DNA of 36,726 bases from Thraustochytrium aureum (GCA_012862495.1 BLSG01000059.1:11465-48190); one strand, 5' to 3'; positions 12,689-23,650 are shown, numbered from the stretch's first letter. Notes: a model not told the origin generated them from the letters alone. Program-made: numbers and translations.

Positions 12689-12974
12689 ATCGAGCTTGTT
12701 GCTTGCCGAGGTGTAGGTAGGCCTATGTAAGAACTCATTCATGTACTCTAGGTGTCGGGGCAAACGACCCTTCTTTTCCTTTTTTCCAAGAACAGCAAGT
12801 CACAGGAGCAGACGGACCAGCCTTGGTTGCGCACGCTTGGTCCTCGCTCAGCCCCACGGCGCACAAGCGCTTTGCTGTAGGGCGGCCGGAAAATGCAGCT
12901 CCACGCCGCGACGCCACCCGAGTGAGCAGCACGCGCTGCAGCAAGGGTTTGCAGTCGTAGGGCTCCAGAGCCAG

Positions 12975-14720
12975 CTAGCGGACCTGGCGGAAGCTGCGCG
13001 CGAGCCGGCTGCTGAGCTCGTCGAAGACCTCCGTGAGCTCCTCCTCGGTGGAAAGCTGTTCGCGCTGTTCGCGCTGCTCCCACTCGTTGGCCATGCGCTC
13101 AAGCTTGGCGCGGTATTCGTTGCGCAGTTTGGACTCGAGCTGCTTTAGAGCAATCTTGCGCGCCTGCTTGGCGACGCGGCGCTCGCGCTGCTCCTCCGCC
13201 ATTTTTTCTTGCAAAAGCGCCTCGCGGTCGAGGTAGAAGCGCTGCAGGGACTCGAACCGGTTCAACCGCTCCCTGTCCACGTCGTTGCGCTCGTCCTTCT
13301 CCAAGCGGCGGCGAGCTAGAGCGCACTCGTGCTCAAGTTTGAGTGCGTTGGTGAAGAGGTTTTTGACGAGAACTTGCTCATTGGTGGCCCTGCGAAGCGC
13401 TTTGCTCTTGTCGAGCCGAGCAACGTCGACCTCCAGCTGAGCAGTCCGGGCGTGTTCGATGCGCTCTTCGAGCTCGACGCTCTTGCCTGCGAGCTTTGCG
13501 CGACGCCTGTTTCGCAACACGTGAACGCGCATGTCCGCCTCGAGGCCCTTGGCCAGCAGCGAGTAGGCGCGCTTGTACCGCTCCAAGTTTCGCTCGAGCT
13601 TGACCGCCACAGGGTTGAGCACGACGGGGCGGGGCGGCGGCGCGAGGTTGGGGCTCTTTTTGGCGATGCGGCGGTAGAGCTCTGGATATTGCTTGGCTAG
13701 GACATGGAGGCTGTCGACTTGGAGCTCGCGCCGCGTTGCCAGAAGCGACGACTCGTCAGAGGCGGACTCGCAAGCGCGGCGGACGCCGCGATGGAGTGCT
13801 TGCGAGCCCTTGGTTTTCGGGAGCGCTTCGTCGCGCTCCTTGCGCTCTGCGACGCGTCGGTGGAGTTCGCGTTCGGCAACGTTGTCCTCGCTCGCCGGGT
13901 CCATCGGCTGTTGGTTGGGCCGTCGCTCAGCGAGCGGCCGTCTTGTGAGCGCAGTTCTTGGCTTGTGAAGCGGTCTTGGCCGCTGCGACGTTGCGGCAGC
14001 GGGTTTGGCCCGCTTTGGTTCCCGAGAAGCGGCCGCGCGCTTGCCCATCGGCAACGGCGTGCGAGAGCGCACAGCTTCGCGGTGTCCGGGAGACCGCGAC
14101 GGTGCTTGTGCGCGCTCTTGGGCGGGGTCTTCACGGGCGCTCGATATGGACGCTCTGCTCACCTCCAATTCCGTCGGCGCGGCTGTATCAGAGGTTGCCT
14201 CCTCATGCGTTGCCTGGAACAGCTGGGCCCACAGGCTTTCAAAGATGCTGAGCATGTGGTGGATCTGCGTCGGATCGCCCCTGTATATCGCCTCGCCGCT
14301 GAGAAAAGAGAGGTCGATGGGCAGCGACTCTGAGAGCGCCGTCATGACGAGCTGCGCGTTGGTAATGTAGTCTGTCACAACTCTCGGCTTGCGGATCACG
14401 TTCTTCAGCCGCACGTTGAACAAGGTCTCGAAAATGGCCACAAACATGGACGAGGCGCTCTTCTGCAGCTCCTCGAACGCCTGAATCGGCCGGGTCGTTA
14501 TGCTGAGTTTCACAAACAGCTCGTTCGTCCGCCTCACAATACTCTCATGGAACTCTCTTTCCTCCTTGCTGCCCGCATTGGCTCCCTCGGGCCCGCCGGC
14601 CTCCCGATCCTCCTCCCTCCGCCTGCCGATCCGGGTGGCGCCTCGCCTCGCGCCGCCCGCTCCTGGCGCTGCGCCGCTTGCGCCGCCACCTTTGAGGGCC
14701 TTGGCCGCGGTCTTGCCCAT
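12975..14720 (-). CDS. CEP95: CEP95-like centrosomal protein
   Basis: Intact 581-aa ORF. N-terminal domain TNELFVKLSI..ASSMFVAIFETLF..NAQLVMTALS..IDLSFLSGEAIYRGDPTQIHHMLSIF resembles the CEP95 N-terminal (DUF5745, CH-like) domain. C-terminal long coiled coil. Confidence 0.75.
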   Translation of the reverse strand: MGKTAAKALKGGGASGAAPGAGGARRGATRIGRRREEDREAGGPEGANAGSKEEREFHESIVRRTNELFVKLSITTRPIQAFEELQKSASSMFVAIFETLFNVRLKNVIRKPRVVTDYITNAQLVMTALSESLPIDLSFLSGEAIYRGDPTQIHHMLSIFESLWAQLFQATHEEATSDTAAPTELEVSRASISSAREDPAQERAQAPSRSPGHREAVRSRTPLPMGKRAAASREPKRAKPAAATSQRPRPLHKPRTALTRRPLAERRPNQQPMDPASEDNVAERELHRRVAERKERDEALPKTKGSQALHRGVRRACESASDESSLLATRRELQVDSLHVLAKQYPELYRRIAKKSPNLAPPPRPVVLNPVAVKLERNLERYKRAYSLLAKGLEADMRVHVLRNRRRAKLAGKSVELEERIEHARTAQLEVDVARLDKSKALRRATNEQVLVKNLFTNALKLEHECALARRRLEKDERNDVDRERLNRFESLQRFYLDREALLQEKMAEEQRERRVAKQARKIALKQLESKLRNEYRAKLERMANEWEQREQREQLSTEEELTEVFDELSSRLARSFRQVR

Positions 14721-15974
14721 TCTTCAAAACCTGCACGCAAGCCAAGCCCAGCCCAGCCAGAGAGACAGACAGCCCAACACCCAGCCCAACAGATAGCCAG
14801 CCGCCCAGCCGCTGCCCTGCTGCCCGCGCCTGCGCGTCCCTCGATGCGGCTCTGCCCGTGCTCCCGAGTCCAAAAACAGCCCAAAAAAGGTTGGAAAAAA
14901 ACCACAGAGCAAAAACCACAGAGCAACCACAGAGCATGCACTTTTCAAACCGCCGGAGCAACCAACCACCAGAATGAATGAACATTCGAACGACAACGCA
15001 CCAGCCCGCGCGCGCGCCAGGTCTCGCTCAGCACTCGTGCCCCGCAGCGCAGCGAGTTCGCAGGGAGCGCGTAGAGCTCTCGAGAGTGCGTGCGTACGCG
15101 ACGTACCGGTAGGCGCGCGCTCGGCCTTCGCTTACTGGGCGAAACGCGGATGGAACACCAGCCTAACCGTCTCTGTCCGATCGGATCTGCTGNNNNNNNN
15201 NNNNNNNNNNNNNNNNNNNNNNNNNNNNNNNNNNNNNNNNNNNNNNNNNNNNNNNNNNNNNNNNNNNNNNNNNNNNNNNNNNNNNNNNNNNNNNNNNNNN
15301 NNNNNNNNNNNNNNNNNNNNNNNNNNNNNNNNNNNNNNNNNNNNNNNNNNNNNNNNNNNNNNNNNNNNNNNNNNNNNNNNNNNNNNNNNNNNNNNNNNNN
15401 NNNNNNNNNNNNNNNNNNNNNNNNNNNNNNNNNNNNNNNNNNNNNNNNNNNNNNNNNNNNNNNNNNNNNNNNNNNNNNNNNNNNNNNNNNNNNNNNNNNN
15501 NNNNNNNNNNNNNNNNNNNNNNNNNNNNNNNNNNNNNNNNNNNNNNNNNNNNNNNNNNNNNNNNNNNNNNNNNNNNNNNNNNNNNNNNNNNNNNNNNNNN
15601 NNNNNNNNNNNNNNNNNNNNNNNNNNNNNNNNNNNNNNNNNNNNNNNNNNNNNNNNNNNNNNNNNNNNNNNNNNNNNNNNNNNNNNNNNNNNNNNNNNNN
15701 NNNNNNNNNNNNNNNNNNNNNNNNNNNNNNNNNNNNNNNNNNNNNNNNNNNNNNNNNNNNNNNNNNNNNNNNNNNNNNNNNNNNNNNNNNNNNNNNNNNN
15801 NNNNNNNNNNNNNNNNNNNNNNNNNNNNNNNNNNNNNNNNNNNNNNNNNNNNNNNNNNNNNNNNNNNNNNNNNNNNNNNNNNNNNNNNNNNNNNNNNNNN
15901 NNNNNNNNNNNNNNNNNNNNNNNNNNNNNNNNNNNNNNNNNNNNNNNNNNNNNNNNNNNNNNNNNNNNNNNNNN

Positions 15975-16822
15975 CCAGGGAGGCGGAGCGGCTCGCGTAT
16001 GTGAGCCCGCTTGACGCAGTCGTGGAAGGGCTGAAGGACGGGCCGTTTGCGCTGCTGAACGAGCTAGTCAGGACGAAGGCGCGCGTGCGCGTGGTAGTGC
16101 GCCGCATCGCAGGCGTTCGAGGCACGCTGGTCGGGCTGTTGCGATCGTACGACCGACACATGAACTTGCTGCTCTACGACGCAATCGAGGACTTTGCGCA
16201 GGAGGATTTCGCGCTCATATCCTCGGACGGGTTTAAGTGCAAGCTCGAGCACGACCTACGTGGGTTCATGACCGTCTATAATTCGGCCAAGCTAGGAACT
16301 GTTCCTGCGGTGGCCGACAAGTATCGCGGCCGCGAGAGCGAGCTGTGGCCCTTTCTGCACAACAAGTACCGCCTCGTAGACCGCGTCGCCGAGCACCTTC
16401 GCGCATCACCATTAGAAGGTGCGGCAGACGGGGGTGCCAGCGCTGCGTCCGAGGGCGAAGGCGGCGACTGCAGGTCGCGTGCGGTTGCCATGTTGGCTCG
16501 CTTCGCTGGGCGCGAGGCGGCCTTGATGAACAAGCTTGGAATCGCGACGGAGGCCGAGCGCGCCGCGAGCGCCACTGCCGGCGAGGGCGGCACCGTGGAC
16601 GACCCTGTATACGTGCTCCATGCCGAGTGGATCCGCAAGGAGAGCGCCAAGTACCCAGGCAAGTTTTTCTACTTTAACACGCGCACGAAGCAGGCGTTGT
16701 GGAAGCCGCCCGATGGCGTCAAGTTCAAGACGGTCAAGTACTTGGCGCGTCACCGCCGGCACCTCCCACAGACGCTCTTGCGGGGGGACTGCGTCGTGCT
16801 TTGCTCACGCGCAAAGCCATAG
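15975..16822 (+). CDS. LSM11: LSm11-like Sm-fold protein with an inserted helical repeat and WW domain (5' end in gap)
   Basis: Sm1 region GPFALLNELVRTKARVRVVVRRIAGVRGTLVGLLRSYDRHMNLLLYDAIE and Sm2 region RHLPQTLLRGDCVVLC are about 180 aa apart. The GP..L...V.V..R...G.RG...G.L..D pattern and long Sm1-Sm2 spacer are typical of LSm11. WW motif EWIRKES..FFYFNTRTKQALWKPP. Frame is open back to the gap. Confidence 0.7.
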
Positions 16823-17049
16823 CGTCGAAGGTTGGCCGCGCAGAGCGTATACATCTGGTTTGACCCTGCAACGAGAAACCCAAATTTTGCCCTCGACCTG
16901 GCGCTGCTCAGTCATCTCCAAAAACGAACACCATTCGACTGCGCGCACGCGCGCTGACGCGTGCCTGACGCTCGTTAGAACTACGACCAGTCTTTCCCTT
17001 CGCTTTGTTCTAGCTAGCTAGCAAGCAACGCCGAGCTGTCGCCAGGCGC

Positions 17050-17787
17050 TTAGGGCGTGAGGTCCTTGCGCTCGAAAACGCGCGTCGGCGTCGCAACCGC
17101 GTGCAGCGGCACGTCGTGGGCAGCCAACGGGACCTCGCCAACAACCTGCTCGTCGAGAGCGAGGCCCATGACGAAAGCCTCCTCTAACCCGAGATCGCGG
17201 CGCCGAGCCTGCAAGCGGGTCAAGAAGGAATCGTAGTAGCCCTTCCCGTGGCCGAGCCGGTCACAGCCGGGCGTGAAAGCGACGCCAGGCGCCAAGACAA
17301 GGTCGATAAGCGCTGCAGGGTCCTCGCAAGACAGGCCGTCCGTGCGCGACTCGAGCTGCTCTAGGGTAAACTCGGGTATGCCCCATTTGGACTTTGGCAG
17401 GCCTTCCAGCTCGGCGAGGCTCTCCAGGCGCGGCATCTTCATGTCCTGCGGCTTCCCGCCCACCACCTTGGGGACATAGACCCGCTTCCCGCTTGCAAAC
17501 AGCCAGGCCAGCAGCGGCGCAGTGCTGGCCTCCTTTCGCATCGACAAGTAGACGCTCACGTTCACGGCCTTCGCGACACGCGCGTTCGCGGCGGCCCTCT
17601 CGCACAGCTTGGCAGGCCGGCTGCCGTCAGCGTCCGCCCCCGCGAGCGCTGGCCAGCCTCGCTCCCGGCCCGTCCAGCCCCACTCACCGCCGCCGACTTC
17701 TCCGCGATGCTGGCGTCCTCCAGCGCGCCCAGCGCGTCCTGCACCGACTTGCGCAGTGCCATCTTCATGGCGCGCATGCCGTCGCCG
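17050..17787 (-). CDS. MTHFS: 5-formyltetrahydrofolate cyclo-ligase; exons 17787-17688 and 17607-17050
   Basis: Motifs KMALRK, VSVYLSM..E, GKRVYVP, KWGIPE, IDLVLAPGVAF..RLGHGKGYYD, LALDEQ..VP...HDVP. The spliced join gives ..IAEKSAA|LCERAA.. Confidence 0.93.
   Translation of the reverse strand, partial: RRRHARHEDGTAQVGAGRAGRAGGRQHRGEVGGGEWGWTGRERGWPALAGADADGSRPAKLCERAAANARVAKAVNVSVYLSMRKEASTAPLLAWLFASGKRVYVPKVVGGKPQDMKMPRLESLAELEGLPKSKWGIPEFTLEQLESRTDGLSCEDPAALIDLVLAPGVAFTPGCDRLGHGKGYYDSFLTRLQARRRDLGLEEAFVMGLALDEQVVGEVPLAAHDVPLHAVATPTRVFERKDLTP
17608..17687 (-). other. Spliceosomal GT-AG intron (80 nt, phase 0) in MTHFS
   Basis: On the minus strand: GCG|GTGAGT donor, GCTGAC branch-like motif, CCAAG|CTG acceptor. 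Removal restores the MTHFS frame. Confidence 0.85.
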
Positions 17788-18245
17788 NNNNNNNNNNNNN
17801 NNNNNNNNNNNNNNNNNNNNNNNNNNNNNNNNNNNNNNNNNNNNNNNNNNNNNNNNNNNNNNNNNNNNNNNNNNNNNNNNNNNNNNNNNNNNNNNNNNNN
17901 NNNNNNNNNNNNNNNNNNNNNNNNNNNNNNNNNNNNNNNNNNNNNNNNNNNNNNNNNNNNNNNNNNNNNNNNNNNNNNNNNNNNNNNNNNNNNNNNNNNN
18001 NNNNNNNNNNNNNNNNNNNNNNNNNNNNNNNNNNNNNNNNNNNNNNNNNNNNNNNNNNNNNNNNNNNNNNNNNNNNNNNNNNNNNNNNNNNNNNNNNNNN
18101 NNNNNNNNNNNNNNNNNNNNNNNNNNNNNNNNNNNNNNNNNNNNNNNNNNNNNNNNNNNNNNNNNNNNNNNNNNNNNNNNNNNNNNNNNNNNNNNNNNNN
18201 NNNNNNNNNNNNNNNNNNNNNNNNNNNNNNNNNNNNNNNNNNNNN

Positions 18246-19584
18246 CGAGCTCACTACCCCTGCGCAAAAGGATGCGGCGGAGGACAACAGCTTGTCGCAG
18301 ATCCACACCAGCGAGTACGAAGCCGCTTGGCGCAGGTGTATGCGCGCCCACCGCGACGAGGCGGTCGGGTCCGCCGGGAGCGCTGGCGGGTTTGATCGCT
18401 ACGAGCTTCGGGCCAAGTTCGGCGTAGGTGGCCAAGGCGAGGTCTGGCAAGCCGTCCGGGCCAGCCACGGCGGCGAGCCGCTCCCAGAGCAAGTGTTCGT
18501 CCTCAAGCGCGTCTTTGGCGAGCGCGGCGACGAGTACCTCCTTGCGGGCGAGCGCGAGGCCGTCTTTGGCAAGCGTCTCCAACGCCGCCCCGAGATCGCA
18601 CGCTTTGTCGAAGCGTTCAACCACACCACCTTGCGGGAAGACGGTACCACGACAGTGGACATGTGGCTGGTCTTCAAGCACGAGGGCAAGTCGCTGGACT
18701 CGCTGCTGTACTCGCGGATCGAAAGCGGCGGCGGCGTCCTGCTGGAACCCTCCGCGCTCTGGCAGCGCATGCGGCGTGACATGGCCGGGTCCCTCGTGCG
18801 ACGCGAGGTGCTTCGACAGCTTCTGCGGGGCCTCTCAGTGGTCGCGCGTAACAACCTGGCGCACCGCGATGTCAAGCCGTCCAATGTCCTCATCAGCGAA
18901 GCGGAAGACAACCGCAGCTCGCCCGCGTTTCGCGTCAAGGTTTCCGACTTTGGCTCTGCCGTGGACACAGAAGACGGCGCGCTCAACGCTCACCTGTATG
19001 GTGCGAGCGGCCCCACCGGGGCCGAGGAGACAAAGTGGTACCGCCCGCCCGAAGCCTTCCTCGGCGGCGTGCAGTCCCAGCGCTTCCCGTACCTCGGGAA
19101 CGACAGGACCGGTGTCGAGCCGGTCGAAAGCCACTTGCCGCTGCACGCCTTTGACATGTGGTCTGTTGGCGTTGTTGGGCTCGAGATGCTCTTGGGCACC
19201 GCGCAAGTGTTTGAGCTGGACGCGCGCGCACGAGCTCGAGTAGATGTGGAGATGCGGAGAACTGCGTACATGCAGCCCGATGCGGTGGCACACGAGGCCT
19301 TGCGCGACATGCGATACCACCTCAAGGCGCTCGAGGCGTTCGGGATCGGCCCAGGCCTCTACGACCGCTCGCGCTTTAACAAGACCGTGACTGCGCGCGA
19401 CCCGTTCGGTCGCGGGTTTTACTTTTACGGCGCACCGACGGCGTCGTTCGAGGACGTCGACTTGATGCGGATGCACGGCGACAACGAGCTCGACTTTGTG
19501 TTTGGATTGCTGGCCTTTTCGCCATGGGAGCGGCCCACGGCGGACCAGGCGCTCGAGCACCCATACTTTTCGCTCGAGCTCTGA
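18246..19584 (+). CDS. Ser/Thr protein kinase, At3g63330 / PP2C-kinase-like family (5' end in gap)
   Basis: Core motifs GVGGQGEVW, FVLKR, HRDVKPSN, DFGSA, RPPE, DMWSVG, ERPTADQALEHPYF. Family-like motifs LKRVFGERG..L.GEREAVFG, IARFVEAF, WLVFKHEG.SL..LLY, HLYGASGPT.AEET and RDPFGRGF are recalled from plant At3g63330-type kinases. Confidence 0.88.
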
Positions 19585-19808
19585 CGACTTTCCGCTTTTC
19601 TGCTCGAGCTCTGACGACTTTCCGCTTTTCTGCTCGAGCTCTGACGACTTTCCGCTTTTCTGCTCGAGCGCTGACCCTTTCCGCTTTTCTGCTCGAGCGC
19701 TGACGACTTTCCGCTTTTCTGCTCGAGCTCTGACGACTTTCCGCTTTTCTGCTCGAGCGCTGACGACTTTCCGCTTTTCTGCTCGAGCTCTGACCTCTTT
19801 CCGCTTTT
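19572..19808 (+). repeat. Minisatellite: 8 copies of a ~30-bp unit GCTCGAGC(T/G)CTGACGACTTTCCGCTTTTCT
   Basis: Units start at 19572, 19602, 19632, 19662 (29-bp variant), 19691, 19721, 19751 and 19781. There are no spacers. The first unit contains the kinase stop codon. Confidence 0.97.
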
Positions 19809-19974
19809 ACTACCATAACGTAATTTATTTTCTTGGGCAGCGCCAGCCCGCAAGCAAGTCGCGAGGAGGGCCTGCGTTCCGGCGCGCTGCAAACGCTCGA
19901 GCGAGCCCACGCGGCGGGACTCGCCCAGGAACGTAGCGCGCGTAGGGTGCGAGAGCCGCATATTTTCTTCGCCT

Positions 19975-20739
19975 TTACTTGACAAGCGTCTTCTTGAAGA
20001 CGACGAGGCGCGCGCTCTGAAAGCGGTTGTCGATCGAGCCCGGCACGAGCCCGTTCTCGACGAGCGCGAGCGCGACACCGTCCACCGGCGTGCTGGCCTC
20101 CGCGATGTAGCGCTCCAGGTCGGCCTCAAAGTGAAGCGGCCCAAAGTCGACCGTGGTGATGTACTTTAGCATCGGCTTGATCACGCCCAGGAACGGCGTC
20201 GAGCGGCGCTGGAAGGTCTGCGTCACGTACACGAGCCCGTCGTCCTTGACGAAGCTCGCGGCGATGCGCAGCGCCTGCACGGGGCCGGGCATCAACGTCC
20301 AGCTCCCGCTAAAGTAGGCCGCGTCGAAGCGGTCGTCCGAGCCCTTGTTGATCGTCTTGCCGAGGTCGCTCTCAAAGATCGACTTGCAGTGCACCTCAAT
20401 GCAGTCCTGCAGCCCTGCGCTCGCCACCTTGCTCTTGGCCGTCGCGATGTAGTTGGCGTCATAGTCGACACCGACGAGCCGCAGGCCCTTGCTCTTGAAC
20501 GTGTCCTTGTTCCGCATCAGCGCCTCCGCCGTGCCGATCCCCACGTCGAGCACGCGCGCCTTGGGGTCGAGCCGGTCAAGCACGGCAGCGTACCAGGTCT
20601 TGGTCATGTTGCAGATCAGCGCATCGTAGACCTGGCTGGCAAACAGCCGCATCGCCACGAGGACGACCAGCACTGCGCCGCCAGCCAGCACGAGAGCACC
20701 ATGGCCCGCGACATCTTGCGCCACATCGTCGCCGGCCAT
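19975..20739 (-). CDS. Class I SAM-dependent methyltransferase with N-terminal membrane anchor
   Basis: Motif I RVLDVGIGTA, post-I LVGVDYD, motif FDAAYFSGS. Hydrophobic segment ALVLAGGAVLVVLVAM. ATG at 20739. Confidence 0.85.
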   Translation of the reverse strand: MAGDDVAQDVAGHGALVLAGGAVLVVLVAMRLFASQVYDALICNMTKTWYAAVLDRLDPKARVLDVGIGTAEALMRNKDTFKSKGLRLVGVDYDANYIATAKSKVASAGLQDCIEVHCKSIFESDLGKTINKGSDDRFDAAYFSGSWTLMPGPVQALRIAASFVKDDGLVYVTQTFQRRSTPFLGVIKPMLKYITTVDFGPLHFEADLERYIAEASTPVDGVALALVENGLVPGSIDNRFQSARLVVFKKTLVK

Positions 20740-21688
20740 CGCCCCGACTCTTTCGCGCGGCGGATCCCGCACAGCCCGCTCCGAAACCGCGGCGCCCGAG
20801 GCAGTTCCAAGCGACGCGCAGGCAGCAACNNNNNNNNNNNNNNNNNNNNNNNNNNNNNNNNNNNNNNNNNNNNNNNNNNNNNNNNNNNNNNNNNNNNNNN
20901 NNNNNNNNNNNNNNNNNNNNNNNNNNNNNNNNNNNNNNNNNNNNNNNNNNNNNNNNNNNNNNNNNNNNNNNNNNNNNNNNNNNNNNNNNNNNNNNNNNNN
21001 NNNNNNNNNNNNNNNNNNNNNNNNNNNNNNNNNNNNNNNNNNNNNNNNNNNNNNNNNNNNNNNNNNNNNNNNNNNNNNNNNNNNNNNNNNNNNNNNNNNN
21101 NNNNNNNNNNNNNNNNNNNNNNNNNNNNNNNNNNNNNNNNNNNNNNNNNNNNNNNNNNNNNNNNNNNNNNNNNNNNNNNNNNNNNNNNNNNNNNNNNNNN
21201 NNNNNCATCAGCGGCGCTCAGCGCAGCCATGGGGCTATAGCTCGGGATGGCGATGCGCGCGCTCGCGCGGGCGCCCAGGCCTGGCGCGATGCCTCGCGCG
21301 CACCGCGCGTCCATGCCCCGGCTGGCTCGGAGCGGACGGCGGTCGGCCCAACTTGACGGGGCAGGAGAGCGCCCGGCGTCGTTCAGCAGCGTAGATGCTA
21401 AACGCCGCCCTCCCAGCAGCGCACCCCGTCCTCGGCCCTGCCAGCTGCTCGGGCGTGGGCGTCGCGGCGCAGTCAATCAACCGCCCTGCTGCGTGTGGTT
21501 GCTGCGCGGGAGACGGCGCCGTCCGGGAGCTTGGGCGTTGGGGCCGCTGGCCGACTCGGGGCGGTCGTTCGCGCACGCCAAGCCTGTGCGACCCCTCAGG
21601 CGCGGCTCCGTTTGCCGCTCGAGTGCCGCTGACGGCGACAGCGGCAGAGCTCGAACGCGGCCCTTGGGCCGAGACGCTCCAAAGCAGG

Positions 21689-22689
21689 ATGACCGGCACG
21701 ACCGGCGGCAGTGGCAGCAGCGACGTGCTGTTCAGGCCGAGCCCCCAGGCCGAGTGGTTTGCGGCGAGGGCCGAGCTGGTGGACGCTGCTATACGCGTTG
21801 ATCATGCGGACGGGGTCGAGTTCATCGAGCTGTCGGCCGAGCACTTTGTGGGCGACAGCGGATCCCGCGAGAACGCTTTTCTCGTCTCCGACCTGGACGT
21901 GACCTTCTACTTTGCTTGCTTTAGCGAAGATGGCAAGCAGGGGTGGCTGCAGATGCTCGCTGCCCGGCTGCGCGAGCTCGGCACGCGGCAGCAGCAGGCC
22001 GAGTCCCCCACTGCTGCCAGGGCGACGACCCGCATGCGACCCCAAGAGCGGGCGCCAAGCCAAGCCCAAGCGAGACTGCAGCGAGCGCAGCAGCTTTACG
22101 AGCTCGCCGCGGCGCGCTTGGAGGTGGCCTCGCAAGTTCGCAAAGATGCCGAGGCACGCGCCAGCCGAGCCATGCTGAGCCGCGAGGAGCTCGAAAAGAA
22201 ACTGGAGAACGCTGCGCGACTCGAGCGCGAGCGCGAGGCCGCCACTGCGCGACGCCTTGAGGATGAGCGGAGGCTCAAAGAGCAACAGGAGCGGGTGAGG
22301 AAGCTCCAGGAGGAGCGCCAGCGCCACGAGCGCCAGGAGGCCGAGCAGCTGGTCCGCGCCAAGCACGAGCAAGAACAGCGCAAGCGGCAGAGCCTAGGTC
22401 GGCCCCTCGTCGCGGCGGGCGCCGCTGGGGCCAGCGGCGCGAGCGGCGCCAAGGGCGTCTTGGGTCGCGTGCAGGCGTGGAACGAAAAGGTGGACGATTA
22501 CCAAGGCAAGCAGGCGAGCAACCCGTTCTCGGCGAACAAGTCCAGCGAATCGGCGAGGCCCAAGCTCGGGGACGCCGGGTACGGCCAGGCGCCAGAGGGC
22601 TCCAAGACAGCGGAGCGGGCGAAGAACGCGCAGGAGTGGGTGGAAAAAGGAGATCAACAAGTTTCTCGGCGTCGTGCGCGACATTGGCA
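21689..22689 (+). CDS. PH domain + coiled coil + ABRA/STARS (Costars)-like actin-binding protein (3' end in gap)
   Basis: PH-like segment ..ENAFLVSD..TFYFACFSEDGKQGWLQML, then an E/R/Q-rich coiled coil, then WNEKVDDYQGKQASNPFS..GDAGYGQAPEGSKTAERAKNAQEWVEKEINKFLGVVRDIG, matching the ABRA C-terminal motif NPFS..GDEGYGRPKEGTKTAERA. One extra A at 22644-22648 must be removed. Confidence 0.82.
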
Positions 22690-23650
22690 NNNNNNNNNNN
22701 NNNNNNNNNNNNNNNNNNNNNNNNNNNNNNNNNNNNNNNNNNNNNNNNNNNNNNNNNNNNNNNNNNNNNNNNNNNNNNNNNNNNNNNNNNNNNNNNNNNN
22801 NNNNNNNNNNNNNNNNNNNNNNNNNNNNNNNNNNNNNNNNNNNNNNNNNNNNNNNNNNNNNNNNNNNNNNNNNNNNNNNNNNNNNNNNNNNNNNNNNNNN
22901 NNNNNNNNNNNNNNNNNNNNNNNNNNNNNNNNNNNNNNNNNNNNNNNNNNNNNNNNNNNNNNNNNNNNNNNNNNNNNNNNNNNNNNNNNNNNNNNNNNNN
23001 NNNNNNNNNNNNNNNNNNNNNNNNNNNNNNNNNNNNNNNNNNNNNNNNNNNNNNNNNNNNNNNNNNNNNNNNNNNNNNNNNNNNNNNNNNNNNNNNNNNN
23101 NNNNNNNNNNNNNNNNNNNNNNNNNNNNNNNNNNNNNNNNNNNNNNNNNNNNNNNNNNNNNNNNNNNNNNNNNNNNNNNNNNNNNNNNNNNNNNNNNNNN
23201 NNNNNNNNNNNNNNNNNNNNNNNNNNNNNNNNNNNNNNNNNNNNNNNNNNNNNNNNNNNNNNNNNNNNNNNNNNNNNNNNNNNNNNNNNNNNNNNNNNNN
23301 NNNNNNNNNNNNNNNNNNNNNNNNNNNNNNNNNNNNNNNNNNNNNNNNNNNNNNNNNNNNNNNNNNNNNNNNNNNNNNNNNNNNNNNNNNNNNNNNNNNN
23401 NNNNNNNNNNNNNNNNNNNNNNNNNNNNNNNNNNNNNNNNNNNNNNNNNNNNNNNNNNNNNNNNNNNNNNNNNNNNNNNNNNNNNNNNNNNNNNNNNNNN
23501 NNNNNNNNNNNNNNNNNNNNNNNNNNNNNNNNNNNNNNNNNNNNNNNNNNNNNNNNNNNNNNNNNNNNNNNNNNNNNNNNNNNNNNNNNNNNNNNNNNNN
23601 NNNNNNNNNNNNNNNNNNNNNNNNNNNNNNNNNNNNNNNNNNNNNNNNNN

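Noticed and set aside
19572..19808. CRISPR array
   Set aside because: Units are contiguous with no unique spacers, there are no cas genes, and the context is eukaryotic.
19376..20144. Minus-strand and alternative ORFs with SSRKAESRQ / ELEQKSGKS repeats
   Set aside because: They are translations of the minisatellite and overlap real genes.
21206..21230. Possible minus-strand gene start (ATG at 21230, MAALSAAD) entering gap 20830-21205
   Set aside because: Only 8 codons are visible; cannot be supported.
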